From positions 1,798,001-1,862,000 of the forward strand of contig MU058687.1 in the NCBI GenBank assembly GCA_013265495.1: a DNA stretch of 64,000 nucleotides, given 5' to 3'. The position numbers were made by a program, and so were the translations under genes. Numbering within the stretch: position 1 is the first letter of the stretch; each line of letters starts with the position of its first letter. A model generated the notes under the pieces. It searched no databases, was not told where the DNA came from, and saw only the letters and a program-made list of their open reading frames with translations. The DNA is from Vicugna vicugna (lineage: Eukaryota). Positions 23,701 through 37,633 of the stretch are shown piece by piece.

Positions 23701-24654
23701 GGGTTCACAGTGCATCTTTCTTTGGGAGACCTGGAAGGGTTACTGTAAAGTCTTGGCTGCTGCTTGGAATGATTTGGGAAGGACAGGGCCTCAGACGGCT
23801 TGGCAGGAACNNNNNNNNNNNNNNNNNNNNNNNNNNNNNNNNNNNNNNNNNNNNNNNNNNNNNNNNNNNNNNNNNNNNNNNNNNNNNNNNNNNNNNNNNN
23901 NNNNNNNNNNNNNNNNNNNNNNNNNNNNNNNNNNNNNNNNNNNNNNNNNNCATACACGCAACCTGGGGATTTGTCTGTTCCTCGATATTAAAGGTGGGGG
24001 AGGTTGAAGGCACAGCCATCAGTTTGTTCCTCCTTTTTGTGATGGGGCAAGACATCATGAGCCGGGGCGGCTGGGCCTGGCAGCCCCCACTCTGGAAAAC
24101 AGCTGTATGTCAGAACTTAAGTTCTGCACTTGGGAGTGGAGTACCTTGAAGCCCCAAGCCTTGGAAATGTGGGCAATATTTTGTGCCACCCTCTTCCTCT
24201 TCAGTGATAAATTATAGTCTGGTACCCTTTTTTACATAATTTTTAGGAATGAATTTTTCAGAGATTCTGATTCTAGTTTAGCTAATACTTTTCTCCCTTC
24301 TTTTAGGTTATTTCTTACGAATGTTGCTGGAGATTCAGGTCTCCGACTTTCAGTCAGTCCTCAGAAATACTTTTGTTATTTTCTATTCATTTTCTATGTG
24401 TCAGGCATGATGGTAGCTGCTGAGGAATAGTCCCTGGTCTCCCAGAGTTTCCCGTCCAGGGTGTATTTCCACGTGCTCAGCGTAGTGCTGGGTGCTGGGT
24501 AAGGTCGTTGTAAAGACTTTGAAGACATGCTGTTGGGTCACCAAAGGTCACCAGCCATGAGGAGTCACTTGCACGTGGAACAGTTAGGGAGCAGTGTCAG
24601 GCAGCATAGAACAAAGATTTAAATTTCGTGGCATAGGCAGTTAGAAGGAACTAT

Positions 24655-25050
24655 CAAGAAGAGTGTGTAAGGATTTAATCCTGCCACATGCTACAACATG
24701 GATGCACCTCGAGCACATCTGTTATTTACGTGAAATAAGCCAATCACAAAAAAGACAAATATTGTATGATTCCACTCCTCTGAAGTATCGAAAGTAGTCT
24801 GAACCGTAGAAACAGAAAGTCAAAAGGTGGTTGCCAAGGGGAGGGGCAAGAGAGGAGGGGGAATTAGTACTTANNNNNNNNNNNNNNNNNNNNNNNNNNN
24901 NNNNNNNNNNNNNNNNNNNNNNNNNNNNNNNNNNNNNNNNNNNNNNNNNNNNNNNNNNNNNNNNNNNNNNNNNNNNNNNNNNNNNNNNNNNNNNNNNNNN
25001 NNNNNNNNCCACAATGAAAAAAGAGTAGGAGGGAGGAGTATGTAACATTT
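24655..25050 (+). mobile_element. L1MB-like 3' fragment (interrupted by gap)
   Basis: atgctacaacatggatgcacctcgag...aagccaatcacaaaaaagacaaatattgtatgattccac. Confidence 0.8.
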
Positions 25051-25224
25051 TAAAAGAGAGCCCAGTAGTTCCACAAAAATTATTCAGCCATCAAAATGGT
25101 AAGGCTTTGCTTCCATCCTCTGCCTCTGTTTAAGGTTATTATTCTGAAACTGGTCCTTTAAATTGTTCTATTTTTTTTAAAAGCATGTTAACTTTATAGG
25201 AAAGGGGGCCATCAAACCCTGTTA

Positions 25225-25460
25225 GGAAGAGGTCACAGTGTAGTGGAAAGAGGGAGGACTTTAGCATTTGCCTTACTGAGTATGTGACCTTGGGCAAGTG
25301 ACCTAGCTTCTGTGAGCCAGTTTCCCTATCTGCCTAAAAATGCAGATAATGAACACCCACCTCATTAAGTTGTTATAAGGTTTAGTTGAGTTGTGCGTGT
25401 GAAAGTAGCCAGCGAAGTGCCTCGTTTGGGTGTAGGTTCTTGATACCATTTAATTCCCTT
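25225..25460 (+). mobile_element. MIR SINE
   Basis: tgtgaccttgggcaagtgacctagcttctgtgagccagtttccc. Confidence 0.75.
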
Positions 25461-26540
25461 TCCAGGAAAAAAAAAAGAAGAAACTTAAAATTGGACTTGC
25501 TTGGGATGTAGTATTGCTACACTACTTATTTTAGTATCCAGTTTAGAGGAAACTGGCCAGCACCCATGTGCAGTGCACTCCTGGATTACAGAGATGTGGC
25601 CTTTGCAGCTGAGGAAAGGAAGGCAGCTGAGTGGGGCCAACAGGAGACTCTGCGTTTTCCTTTGACCCTGTGCTGAAGGGTGACTTCTTTCTACTCACCA
25701 GGCCCTTCCTCTCTGCTATCTTCTTCTGAATGTTGAAATTTCCATTGCAGCTCAGTGTTCCAGCCAGTAAACACTCATATTTTCCATCCATCCTGGGGGT
25801 CGAGCTTTGGGAGAGCTTTGCTCTGGAGGAGTTTGGAGCTTATAATTTTGTACTCTATCCTGTTATATAAACAACACTCTCTAGCCAAAGAGCACAATCA
25901 CAAAAAGAAACCACTTTTGGGGGGGCCTAAACACAAAAAGAAACTCTTTCCGGTTCAGAGTTCTGTAGAAATGATATTTCATTCTTTATTCTCCTTCTTT
26001 GCCATAAAATAAAGTTTCCCTGACCTTCCTCCTCCCAAGTCTTAGCTCTTACCATGCCTTCCCCTTGACTAAAACGTTTCTCTGGCACATCAGTGATGAA
26101 GGCCTGAACTTCTCTCTGAAGTTCCTCTGCATCTCTTCTCACTCACCCAGACACATAGCCTTTTAAGAGATGTGCTGTGTGTCAGTCAAGCTCTGCGGCA
26201 GATTCTACAGGTCTTCATTCACCGGGGGAGCTAAGTGCCGTGGGTGGTTGCACCAAAGCCAGAGTGACTGGGGTTTAGCTTTTGAAGGAGTGTTGGTAGA
26301 CTTTGGAAATGTGTCAGAGAGCTGGCTGGACATCACACCTGGGCCCAGGCAAAGTAAATTTGGGAATGTTTGGGCCTAGTATCAGAAGTGAAAGAAGATC
26401 TTTTCTTATCTGCAAGCCAAAACAAAATGTGGCCTGCTTTGCAGTTTGCCAGGGTAGCATTCTTCCCATTTAGTTTGCCTCCCCACCTCTCTCCCCAAAT
26501 ATTCAAGATAAACCACCTTACATATATTTCCTTAGGATTA

Positions 26541-26572
26541 ACACATACACACACACACACACGCATGCACAC
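26541..26572. repeat. (CA)n microsatellite
   Basis: Directly visible. Confidence 0.9.
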
Positions 26573-28969
26573 ATGGACACAACCCAGTTGTTGTTAGAGG
26601 CCAGACCCTGTCTTATTTAGCCATTCACTGTAATTTTATCCACCCACAATTGATGATTATTTTGGTTTTAAGAGGACTGAATGCAAAAGTCCATGTACAA
26701 GCTGAATGAGGCTCCTTTTCTAGAATTTGGAAATTATGTCTAATTTATCTAATTCATAATTCAGTTTAATTCTCACCTGGTTTTTCTATCATCTTCTATC
26801 TTTCCAACTTAATTCTGTTTACCAGTCCTGAAAGAGTTTGGAAAGAATTACAGTGGTGAAGAAACACTGTATCTTTCTTCTTGATTCCTGCAGAGAAACA
26901 TTGATAACCCATTTTTAAAGCTTACTTAGTATGGACTCAACAAATTTAGCTAAAGATCCCAACTGATCCTCCTGCCCATCTTTCTGCTAAAAGACTCTCA
27001 GCATATTACTGACCAAGTACAACTAAGATATCAATGCTTTTTTTTTTAAGTCCTAGAATATAAGAGGGTGAAAGGGGAAAAGTTTCCTGTATCTGTGTTC
27101 TAATAAAAGAAAACAACAGACTCGTAATGTCTGAAAAAAAAAAACGGTTCTCTCGTCCCTGCAGATATTTTGAGGGGCAAATTTTTGGTGTAAGTTTCTG
27201 GTTTTGGTTGTAGGTTCTTGATAACTCTGAGTTCTCCCTCCAGAAAAGAGAAAAACAAATAAAATTAGACTTGCTTAGGATACGGTGTTGCTACACCACT
27301 TAGTTTAGTACCTAGTTTAGATACAACTGGCCGTCACCCCATGCAGTGTCAGCCAGTATCGCAGTAGGGAAAGCATTTATACTTAATCACAATGCTAAAG
27401 TTTACAGTATTTGTTTTTATTGTAAAGTAAGAATCTATATTAAAATTATGATTACGCACCATTAAAATGCTTCTAAGGAAAGATAGCTAAGGGAAGTTAA
27501 ACTTAAAAGGGAACATTTAAATTTGGAGCCACGTGTTCTTTGGGAGATGCGAATCGGGCTGGAGGTGAGAGAGGCAGTGTATGAGAGCTTAGGATTTCAA
27601 AATGTCACGTCATGTGGCGGGCCCAGGTGTTCATAATAAGTAACAGTAGAAGCCTTGTCCTAATTGGACCATTCTTATGCTTCAGAGGCAATAAAGGGAT
27701 GTTTTTGGCTTTCATGCATTATCAGGCTAAGACTTGTATTAATTTGGCTTCAAAGCCAGTAATCAATGCCATGTTTTGCCTGGTTTTTAAAGAGAAGTTT
27801 TACTATCTTTCTGTGGTGAAAATAAACTATGGGTGCATCTCAGTAAAGTGACTATAATCTAGAAGGATTTAGATGAGAAAATCAGGCTTTCTGGAACTGC
27901 AGACAAGGAAACCATAAAGGGGGGGTGGTAATAAATGGGATATATTTAAAGGCTATAGGAAATCAAATTATGTTCTTCTGAAACTGGGTTGCACCAAGGA
28001 AAATTGAGTAGATGAAAAAATATTATTATTATTATTAGTGTTCTCAAATATCTTGCTAGCTGCTTGAACCTACTACCACTGACATTTGAAATACAAGACC
28101 CTAAAAGAAGAGTTTTGTTACTTTCTTCACCAAATATTTAGTATATTGAAATATTTGAAAAAGAAGAAAGGTGAAACTGGTAATAAGGAATGTTCCAGCT
28201 GGGAAATGGCTTCATCTGGTAGTTGTTAAAACAGTTTTACCCCCAAAAAGTTAGCCTGCATTTATTGGATATCTCCTATGTGCAAGACATGGGACTGACG
28301 CTGAAGGAGGTGGTAGACAGGATCTCTCTCTGTCCACAAGAGGAAAGCTGATAGTCATTTATGTTATTAATACAAATACCATAAGGCAATATGTACTTAA
28401 CTGTCAACTAAGAGGATTATGCTGTAATGGTCCGAGTTCAGAGGAGAAATTGTTCCCTCTGACTGGAGAAAGTGGGAAAAACTTCACAGAAAAGAAAGGT
28501 GTGTGAGCTGAATCTGGAAGGGCAGACGGGGCTTGGGTAGGCAGAGACGCTAAAATTAATCAGTTGAGAGATGATTGCACGTTTACCTTGCACTTGGCAC
28601 CACGTGAGGATCTATGAGATGATCAAGTGTTCTCCACACTCTTGTAAGGTAGAGCTGACAATTCAGCAGGGCAGTTTTGAGACCACTGCCCCGGGTGTTT
28701 CCTTATTATTTACATGTGAAATACACAGTAAATGATTAAAAAGGGGCATGGGGGCTCAGAGGAGCTCACAGTTCAGAAAAGGTAGTAAAGACAGGTAAAG
28801 ATAAGGCAGAGGAAGGGTTTGAGGTAGGGTTTAAATGCAGTCCTAGATTATTTATAGGCTACAGACAGGTACAGAGAAGGAGAGAAGGAAAAAGAGATAA
28901 TGTACAAGGTGTTTAAGGCATTCTCAAGGGGCAGTGAATGGAAACCAGGCTGGCTGATGAAATGTTTCA

Positions 28970-29120
28970 GTCAAAGCACTTTGTGATTTAAGTGATAAAA
29001 GCTGAAATCAAGCTGGCTTGAGATTTTTCAGCTCATATAACTAAAAGGTCTAGAAGTTGATGTTGGTAACTTATGAAGCATCATTAAGCATACTTTCTGG
29101 TTCCCTCCTGGTCACAACTA
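28970..29120. mobile_element. Old MaLR LTR fragment (MLT1J/K-like)
   Basis: aagctggcttgag...gctcatataactaaaaggtctaga. Confidence 0.4.
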
Positions 29121-30401
29121 AATGAGAAATTATATGGAAAAAAAAGATAGCAAAATATTGACTTTATTACTCATAAAGATAAACTAGAGAATACAGCTTG
29201 GGAATATGGTACAACAGGGCTTTTTACCTTTCAAGGCTAAGTCTTTCCAATTGTTTTATTTATTCTAAAGATTTTCTTTTGTTGATATTTTGTTAATTTT
29301 GATAATTAAAACAGAATTCTTAAGAAATAAAAAGACCTTCTAATGTACCACAAAAACAAAAAGAAAAGCAAAAACAAAAAATAACTTGGCCTGATTTTCA
29401 AGGTGAACACCTGCATCTGGCCTCAATCTGTGTTTCCAGTTTTATTCTTCTTCACACGTTTAGTTCCAGTCAAACTCAATGGATCAAAAATAGTACGTTT
29501 CCCCATCACTACATCCTTACTCCATTCCGTGGCACTTATCCTATTGGTTTTCTGTTTACTTAGTATCACTCCTTCACAAAGGGGTAAGTCTTATTCACTG
29601 TTGTATCCCAGTGCCTTGGTAAACAGTAGGCACTTAAACATAAAGAATAAATATTAAGTGAAAGAATGAGTGAATAGACATGCTGCTCCTCACCTGTATC
29701 AACATGTCCAGACCCTTTTCTCCTACAGGGCTCAGCTCAGCTTGGCCTTCCTGCAACCTTCCCTGATGCCATCCCAAGCGGATATTACTAGGCTTTCTCT
29801 CCCTTCTGTTCTCATCACTGGACTCTTAAAAGGTATCATTAAAAGATATCATTCAGAGAAAGCTCTGGCTAAGTACACAACTTTAATTCCTAGAGAACAG
29901 ATCTTTGTGGCTCTTCCTATCCTAGTGAGCTGAGCTCTAGGAAAAAAGCCCTGTTTCTTCTTCATGGAGTTTAGAGCTCACACAACCCCCTTCCCAAATG
30001 ATCAAGTCCTTATTGCTTCTCCCTGAAACCCTACTCAGTTCTTTCTAGTTACCCAAGATCGCAAGTGCCCTTTAACGCAATATGAGTGGGGGAGGGGTTG
30101 GTAGAGGCAGGGTGTGGACGAAGAGGAAAAGGCAGGGGCCCTTCCATTTGCCATCCTTCTCCCCACCTCACCTAACCCGCAGCAGTCTTGAGAGCCATTC
30201 CTAGAAAGTTCTTGAGAGTGAAAGGGCACTGCCATCTCTGACCGCCCAGTATGTAATAGCTATTTCTTTACTTCAGTGTTTTCACATTGGTCGGCTAATA
30301 CCTTACTGTGTTCACTGAATATGTGTGATGTTTCAGCTTTTTGGTGTTCTTTACAGTAGTTCCTCTCTCCTCACTGTCCTTGTTTTTGATAGACTTATAA
30401 C

Positions 30402-30498
30402 TGCCTCTCTATCCACAGGTTCTGTATCCATCGATTGAAAATATTTTTTAAAAAATTCATTAAGTTCAAAAAAGCAAAACTTGAATTTGCTATAGTCT
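30402..30498 (-). mobile_element. TcMar-Tigger MER2-like fragment, continuing into gap
   Basis: ctatccacaggttctgtatcc...aagttcaaaaaagcaaaacttgaatttgc. Confidence 0.65.
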
Positions 30499-30954
30499 NN
30501 NNNNNNNNNNNNNNNNNNNNNNNNNNNNNNNNNNNNNNNNNNNNNNNNNNNNNNNNNNNNNNNNNNNNNNNNNNNNNNNNNNNNNNNNNNNNNNNNNNNN
30601 NNNNNNNNNNNNNNNNNNNNNNNNNNNNNNNNNNNNNNNNNNNNNNNNNNNNNNNNNNNNNNNNNNNNNNNNNNNNNNNNNNNNNNNNTATTGGTATCTG
30701 CTACCTGGGTGGATAGTATGGGGAATGCGTAATGTCAGGCCACCATCTCCCTAACTCCAGGTTCTAGTATCTATTTACTTCTGCTATGACGCATACCTGT
30801 CCTCCTTATATTATGGTTGTGTGTATCCTTGTCTTGCCTCCCATAGTAGATTGTAAGCTTTTTAAGGGCAGAGACTGAGTCTTATACATCTTTATATCCT
30901 CATGCTTCTCTGTACAAAGTGCTCAGTAAATGTTTGGTGAATAAGTGGCTAAAT

Positions 30955-31120
30955 CAGTGCTGTCCAGTATGGCAGCCAAAAGCCACATGTGGATTTTAAA
31001 AATTAAATTTGTTAAAATCAAATAAAATGAAAAATCCTGTTCCTCAGTCATACTAGCCACATTTCAAATGGTCAAAAGCCACATGTGGCTCATAGCTACC
31101 ATACTGGGCAGCACAGGACT
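30955..31120. mobile_element. MER3 hAT MITE
   Basis: cagtgctgtccagtatggcagcc...gttcctcagtcatactagccacatttcaa...gggcagcacag. Confidence 0.8.
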
Positions 31121-33509
31121 AGACGGCTGACCCAGAAGATGTGATAAAGACCCAAACTTCGTCAGTGGGGGAAAAAATGTACAAAGAAAGGCATATTCTT
31201 GATTATTCGCTTAGGCTCTTTGTAGATGTCAAGCCTCTTTTGTTTAGATCTAGAGATTTAGCACAGATGCTGTTCTTGAACTAATTTGTGGTGCTGGGAG
31301 GGGCATATTCCTGTGACTTGGGAATCTCAAAAGCTCAGAGCTTCTGAATTACTAGTGTCTGACCAATCAGAGCTGGGCTGGCTGAGAGGAAGCAGCTTTT
31401 TAAGCAGATCTCAGCATTATTATTTTTTTTTCGGGGATATGCCCTTGGCTAGATATTAGGGAGAGGTCTTGCTTCCCTGCACTTACCCAGCCCCCAGCCC
31501 CCACCTGCTTGGCTGGCAGTCCTGACTTGGCTTATAGCNNNNNNNNNNNNNNNNNNNNNNNNNNNNNNNNNNNNNNNNNNNNNNNNNNNNNNNNNNNNNN
31601 NNNNNNNNNNNNNNNNNNNNNNNNNNNNNNNNNNNNNNNNNNNNNNNNNNNNNNNNNNNNNNNNNNNNNNNNNNNNNNNNNNNNNNNNNNNNNNNNNNNN
31701 NNNNNNNNNNNNNNNNNNNNNNNNNNNNNNNNNNNNNNNNNNNNNNNNNNNNNNNNNNNNNNNNNNNNNNNNNNNNNNNNNNNNNNNNNNNNNNNNNNNN
31801 GGTAAATATAAAATTGTAGAGTAAGGTGCTAAATACAACCCTCTTGCTTTTTCTTTTTATTCTGACTCTCCTGTGAAATAGCCACTTTAATGCTCCCTTT
31901 TCCTTTCTCAGCTCTGACCTTTTCTGATCACCTGCCAAAGGAGAGGCAAACAGAGTCCTCTTCTATTTGGGGAAAATAGTAAGTTTTGAAAACCTGGAGC
32001 TCCTACGTTTCTCTAATGGATTGGGGCATCACTCTGCGAATAGAACATCTCTCTTTTTCAAAAGAACAGTTGACACCGCACCCCCACAATCCATAAACAA
32101 CCCTGGTACTTCTGGTCTTGAAGTAAACTCCTTGAATATAGATCTTGTTCACCATTGGATCCTCAGCATTTAGCAAGATGCCAACCATAAATATTTTTTA
32201 AATGATTCCATTTGTAGCTGCTGTGCTGCTGGGGGGAAGGACTGGATAGGTAGAGTACCCCTCCTCACTCTTACCTTTCTCTGCTTCCTTGCTTAAGGAA
32301 TCCCTTTCTCCTGTCCAGCACAGAGTCATCTCACACCTTTCTAGCTGCCCCCAAATTTGCTCCTTTCTCTCAACTACACTCTTTCGGAATATAGTATATA
32401 CTCCCTTGTGTAATTATCTTCGATGCCTTTGTTCTTGCTCTCATGAGCTGTAACATGAGGCACAGGTTATATTTTATTCCTGCAGAAAGATCCCCAGGCC
32501 GGGAACAGGAAGACCTAGGTGCCAATCCCAGGTCCACCTGGAACTTACTGACTGGAGGTAAATCATTTGAGCGAACTTAAGCCTAATTTAGCCACTTGGA
32601 AAGTGAGGATGCTTGGATTGTCATGAGAGTTCAGTGAGATTATCTACACAAACCTGCTTTGTAAACTGCAAAGTACTGCACACAATTAGGTCTTTTCAGT
32701 ATTAATAATACTTATTATCACTATAAAATCGTAATGTTTGTTTATGCTGCTGATGATACACAGGCATCTCTCCCAGAGTTGAGGTGAATCACAAGTTTAG
32801 CCCCATATCACTCAGCTTGGCACAGGTTTAAAGCATGAAATGGTGCATTCCAGGCCCTCTCTGTCATCACCTCACTTTCAGTCTGCAGGTTCTTCCTTTC
32901 AGACCTGTGGGGTCATTGTTTTTCTTACTACTTCGCCTGCCTTTTCTCCCCTCAGGCCCAGGCTGAGCTCTCTCTTTTAACCCCCTTAGTTCTTAGAGCA
33001 AGGTCATCTCATCCCATTCCTGGTTTTGGCTGGAATTGCCCTCCCCATGGGCATCCTCTCCTCAGCACCGCCACCCACCTCTGCCCGTCCACCACACTGG
33101 GCCCCGTCATCCTCCTCCCTCCTCCCAGCCCCACACTTTCATCCTCAGCACGGCTCGGGGCCCTTCCTGTTCCTCTCCCTGCCCTTCCTTCTCTGCTGGA
33201 CTATCCCTTCAGTCTTCCCTTTCCGTTTCATCTCATCCTGCATTTCGTCTCCTCTAGGCTTGGACCTTTTATCTGGAAAGGATATTCCCCCTTTGAGGAC
33301 TGATGTTTGGTGCATCTCCTCAGACCTGTCCCCCAGTCCCCACCTGAAGGCATCTCCTTCTCTGAGGAAAGTAGACAAATAAGCACTGCCGTTTTTCAGT
33401 ACTGTCATATGGCTTCAGAAAGTCCAGATTCTTTTATTTTAAAATATCTAAGCGCTCATGTTTAAATGTCATACCCTCGTGTTGGGAGAGCAGGTGTTCT
33501 ACAGAGGCA

Positions 33510-33860
33510 GGCCAATCTGGATCGCCCCCTTTTCCAGCCACTTACTAGCTGTGTTGCTTAGGACATGTTCTTTGAACCTACTGTTCTTATCTCTAAATGA
33601 GGATAAAATGCCTAATTTTTAGGGATGTTCAAAGAAGCAAATGAAAAGTAAATGACATAAGAAGGCACTTTTACAGTGCCTGCCCCAGAGTAAGTGCTCA
33701 GTAAATGGGAATTACGTAAACATGTCCACATCGTCTATCTGTACCCTGTTTTACAGTAAAAAATTGAGACCCAGGGAAGTTAAGTGATTTGTGCAAATTC
33801 TGAGGCCTACCTGGTGATAAAGTAAGAACTAGAATGCAGGCCTTTTAGTTTTCTGCCTGA
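33510..33860. mobile_element. Two adjacent MIRs in opposite orientation
   Basis: ccacttactagctgtg...agtgcctgccc (+), then ttttacagtaaaaaattgagacccagggaagttaagtgattt (-). Confidence 0.65.
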
Positions 33861-35559
33861 TGAATTTTCCTTTTGATCCCTCTAACTCCTCCAAGGGTTA
33901 TTTGCTCTAGTTTCCCTTCTTTAGGTGGAATGGAGGGCTACCCCAGAGAGAGGTATGTTCATTTATTCATTCAGCAAACATTGCATGACTGCAGTGTTGC
34001 CAGGCTCTGAGTGGACAGGACAAAGACCAGAATGATGAGCTCACTGCCTTCAATGGTTGGTCCAGTGGGTAAGAAATAGTCCTTGTGAGGAACAGTCACA
34101 GGACAGAAAACATGCCTCAAGGAATAAGCTCTGTTAGAGGAAGACAGGGTAGACTTCGCAGAGGACGGATTATTGTTTTTTAAGTAAGTGAGAATAGCAG
34201 ACCCTTGTGTAACGGCAAGGAGGATGGCAGAGCACGGCTCGAGTGCAGGTTTTGGGAGTACGGCATGCACGTTGGAGAGGGTCGAGGATCAGATGGGAAG
34301 GTCAAGTGCTAGATACGCTGTGTTTGGGGGATTTTATCTCATTATCTGCCCTTTTCATTAATGTCAACTTCAGAAGTCAGGGGAGTTTTTTTGGTTTTTG
34401 GTTTTTCAACATGTCTGGGTCTTTATACCTAACGTTCCCAGTGTCTTTCTCTCCCCCATTCACATCTGCAAACTCTTTTTTTCATTCTGGATCCAGCCCA
34501 GCTCTGACCCCTACTCTGTGCACCTCCTGCTGCCATCCCACACAGACGCGGCCTGCTAGCCTGAGGCTAGGGTGTTTACCTTGTGTTCTAATTAGATTTT
34601 CTTGTCTTTCCTCCACCACCTCCTTAGATGTCAAGATTGTGCATCTTTGTACTCCTGCCCCTTAATGTGGCATGTGACACGTAGCATCTACCCATTTAAC
34701 GTATGCTGAATTAAATATCTGGTTCGTAATCACAGAGCAGACTCCCACCTGGGCAGCTCTTTTACTAATGCCTGTCTTTGACACCACAGAAATGTAGGTG
34801 GTCAGGTCAGGACTTTCTCCTTTAACCAGTCACAACTCAACGTGCTTCCATCTTTAGGGCCTGAGCGTTGGCTTCCTCTGGAACAAACCCGAACACTGAG
34901 CTGGTCAGAAACCTGCGACAGCAGCACTGTCCCCCTTTCTGCCTTGGCAACACACTTCCACATACTAGAACTTTGCTCCACACACTTGAAGAAATTAAAA
35001 GACTCAAAACAAAACTCAGCTGGATGAATTGCACCCAGTGAAGTTAGTATTAAAGTAGAGCAGTGTCCCTCAGTGTCCGTCAACCTGCCGCAGGTTTCGT
35101 CCTCACCTGGTCATCCTTCAGGACCGTGTGACTGTGTGAGTGGTGTGATTGATCTACGGCCCTGACTAGAGGACTAATATACTCACAAGGAAACGTTTCC
35201 TCACAGTCCAACGAACACACAGTCTGTACTGGGCACCAGCTTGGTGTTACGTTTCACCTCTTAGGTATTGCAGATCTACCTGTCCCTCCCCGTGCTCCAA
35301 GCTCCAGCCAGCTCAGCATTCATCTGACGAATAGAGCGGCAACACTGCATTAAAATATGTCGCAGTGTTTACTGATCACACTTTACACACACCTGAAGTT
35401 TTCTCAGTACAGAATAGTTGGGAATCTCTTTCTTAAGGCTTTAATGAAAAAATGCATTGCAGTCCAGCAGTGCACCATTATGATAATGTACCCTGACTCA
35501 TGCAGACCACTCTGATATGATAATGCATTAAAACTAATTTCTCTTCTTTTAAAATATAT

Positions 35560-35985
35560 CTAACTAGTTGCCTAAGTAATCTATTGCTGCTTATTAAATT
35601 ATCTCAAAATTTAGTAGCTGAAAACAGTAAACATTTCTTATCTCTGTTTCTGTGGGTCAGGAATTGAGGAGCAATTAACTGGGTGGTTCTGGCCCAGGCT
35701 CTTTCGTGAGGTGGTGAAGAGGATGTTGGCCAAGAGGGCTTCAGTCATCTGAAGGCTTGCCTGGGGCAGGAGGATCACTTCCATGATGCTCAGTCTCACA
35801 TGGATGATGAGTTCATGCTGGCTGTTGGCAGAGGCCTCAGTTCTTCAACAGATGGACCTCTCCACAGACTGCCTGTGTATCCTCATGACATGGCAGCTGG
35901 CTTCCCCCAGAATGAATGACTTAAGAGAAAGACAACAGCCACGTGTCTTTTGTGACCTAGCTCAGAAGTCAAACACAGTCATTTT
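35560..35985 (-). mobile_element. MaLR LTR (MLT1F/G-like), first part
   Basis: atctattgctgc...gggtcaggaatt...cttcagtcatctgaaggcttg...gacatggcagctggcttcccccaga. Confidence 0.8.
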
Positions 35986-36415
35986 AAAAAAAAAATTTTT
36001 TTTCTTAATTGTGGAAAAATACACATAAAGTAAAATTGACCATTTTAGCTATTTTTAAGTGTACAGCTCAGTAGCAGTAAGTATATCACATTATGGCGCA
36101 ACCATCACCACCATCCTCTTCCAGAGCTCTTTTCATCTTGCAAAACTGATACCCTGTACCCATTAAAAAATAATTCCCCATTCTCTCTCTCTCAGCCCCT
36201 GGCAATTACCACTCCTCTTTCTGTCTTTTTAAATTTGACTGCTCTAGGTACTTCATATAAGTAGACTTACANNNNNNNNNNNNNNNNNNNNNNNNNNNNN
36301 NNNNNNNNNNNNNNNNNNNNNNNNNNNNNNNNNNNNNNNNNNNNNNNNNNNNNNNNNNNNNNNNNNNNNNNNNNNNNNNNNNNNNNNNNNNNNNNNNNNN
36401 NNNNNNNNNNNNNNN

Positions 36416-36554
36416 GTTTTTTTTGGGGGGTAGGGACATAATTAGATTTATTTATTTTTATTTATTTATTTTTTTAACAGAGGTCCTGGGGATTGAACCC
36501 AGGACCTCACTCATGCTAAGCATGCACTCTACCACTGAGCTATACCCTCTCCCC
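36416..36554 (-). mobile_element. Camelid tRNA-derived SINE (Vic-1 type)
   Basis: Reverse strand reads ggggagagggtatagctcagtggtagagtgcatgcttagcatg...gggttcaatcccc (Pol III A and B boxes) followed by an (aaat)n-like tail. Confidence 0.85.
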
Positions 36555-36746
36555 AAAATGTATATACCACATTTTGTTTATCATTCATCTGTTGATGGAC
36601 CCTTGGGTTTCTTCTACCTTTTGGCTCTTGTGAATGATGCTGCTATTAACGTGGGTGTACAAATAGTTGTTCATGTCCCTGCTTTCAGTTCTTTTGGGTA
36701 TATACACAAGAGTGGAATCATTGAATCATATAATAATTCTATTTTT

Positions 36747-37633
36747 TTCCTAAGCTTAATTAATTCACTTTATTTTTCTTGCATAAATACACTACATGGT
36801 GACCATATCTGGAGCCCAGGGTCTTCTTTGCAGAGACTTATGTGCCTCTTTACTACATGGTCAGTGAATTTATCATAGGAAGACTTGGTGAACATGGTCT
36901 CTTTCTAGAGGTCAAGATAAGATGGCGATAGATGTTGGAGATGGCATCAAAGGTGGCCTTGGAGACATTGCACAGAATGGCAGTGCAGTCCCCAGATAAG
37001 GTAGAGTAGTCATTGATACCGGCCACCAGCTGCAACTTCTTGGGCACAAGGGCCCAGGCAACGCCAGTGTCTCTGGGGTGGAGATGAGGCACACCAGCAC
37101 AGAGCCACAGCATCTGGTCACCTTACTCAGGACTGTGTGGGGCATGTTCCCCTAGTAGCCTCACTGTGGAGAGGTTGGCCAGGGTGATGGCTCCACAGAT
37201 GGCAGTGGCTGCCTCCTTGGAGCACTCATCCAAGTTGACATGGCCCTTGTAGTCCTTAGTGAACAAATGCCTTGAACCTGGTCCGCTTTTGCACAGGTGT
37301 AATCTTCAAGCTTGCCCTTTAGGGTCATCCCCAGGGAAAAGTCCATGACCTCAGACTCCCTGCTGGATGAGTAGAAGAGAGATATTTCCTCCAGATGCTT
37401 GATCTTCATGTCCATGGTCAAGCAGCCTGGCAAGGTAACAGGGAGTCACTTCTTGTCCTCAGCCTCACCTCAGTGAGCTCCGTGGCCTTGCCCCACCCCT
37501 GCTGCCCCTGCCCCGAGCACAGCTGCAGCCCCATCCCGGAAGCTGCTGCCCATACCTCCACGGAAGCTGCTGTGGTCTCCTCCCACGCCACCAGTGTCAT
37601 CCACCACTGGGTGTTTTCTTGGAGTAGAAAGGA
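36747..37633 (-). pseudogene. RPS2: Full-length processed pseudogene of ribosomal protein S2 (uS5)
   Basis: Minus-strand frames give RPS2-like peptides (DMKIKHLEEISLF, PHTVLSKVTRCCGSVLV, PKKLQLVAGIND, KATFDAIS). No introns, frameshifts present, ATG changed to GTG. The 5'UTR (aagaaaacaccc), 3'UTR with AATAAA and a short A tail are present. 12-bp TSD AATTCTATTTTT at 36735-36746 and 37634-37645. Confidence 0.93.

Noticed and set aside
22964-25074. Long ORFs containing X runs (also near 30.4-31.9, 36.2, 37.7, 38.6 and 60.7-61.4 kb)
   Set aside because: They are artefacts of translating through N gaps.
36480-36554. tRNA-like sequence as a true tRNA gene (also 52220-52295)
   Set aside because: It has an AT-rich tail, a TSD in one copy and a degenerate cloverleaf, so it is a SINE rather than a tRNA.
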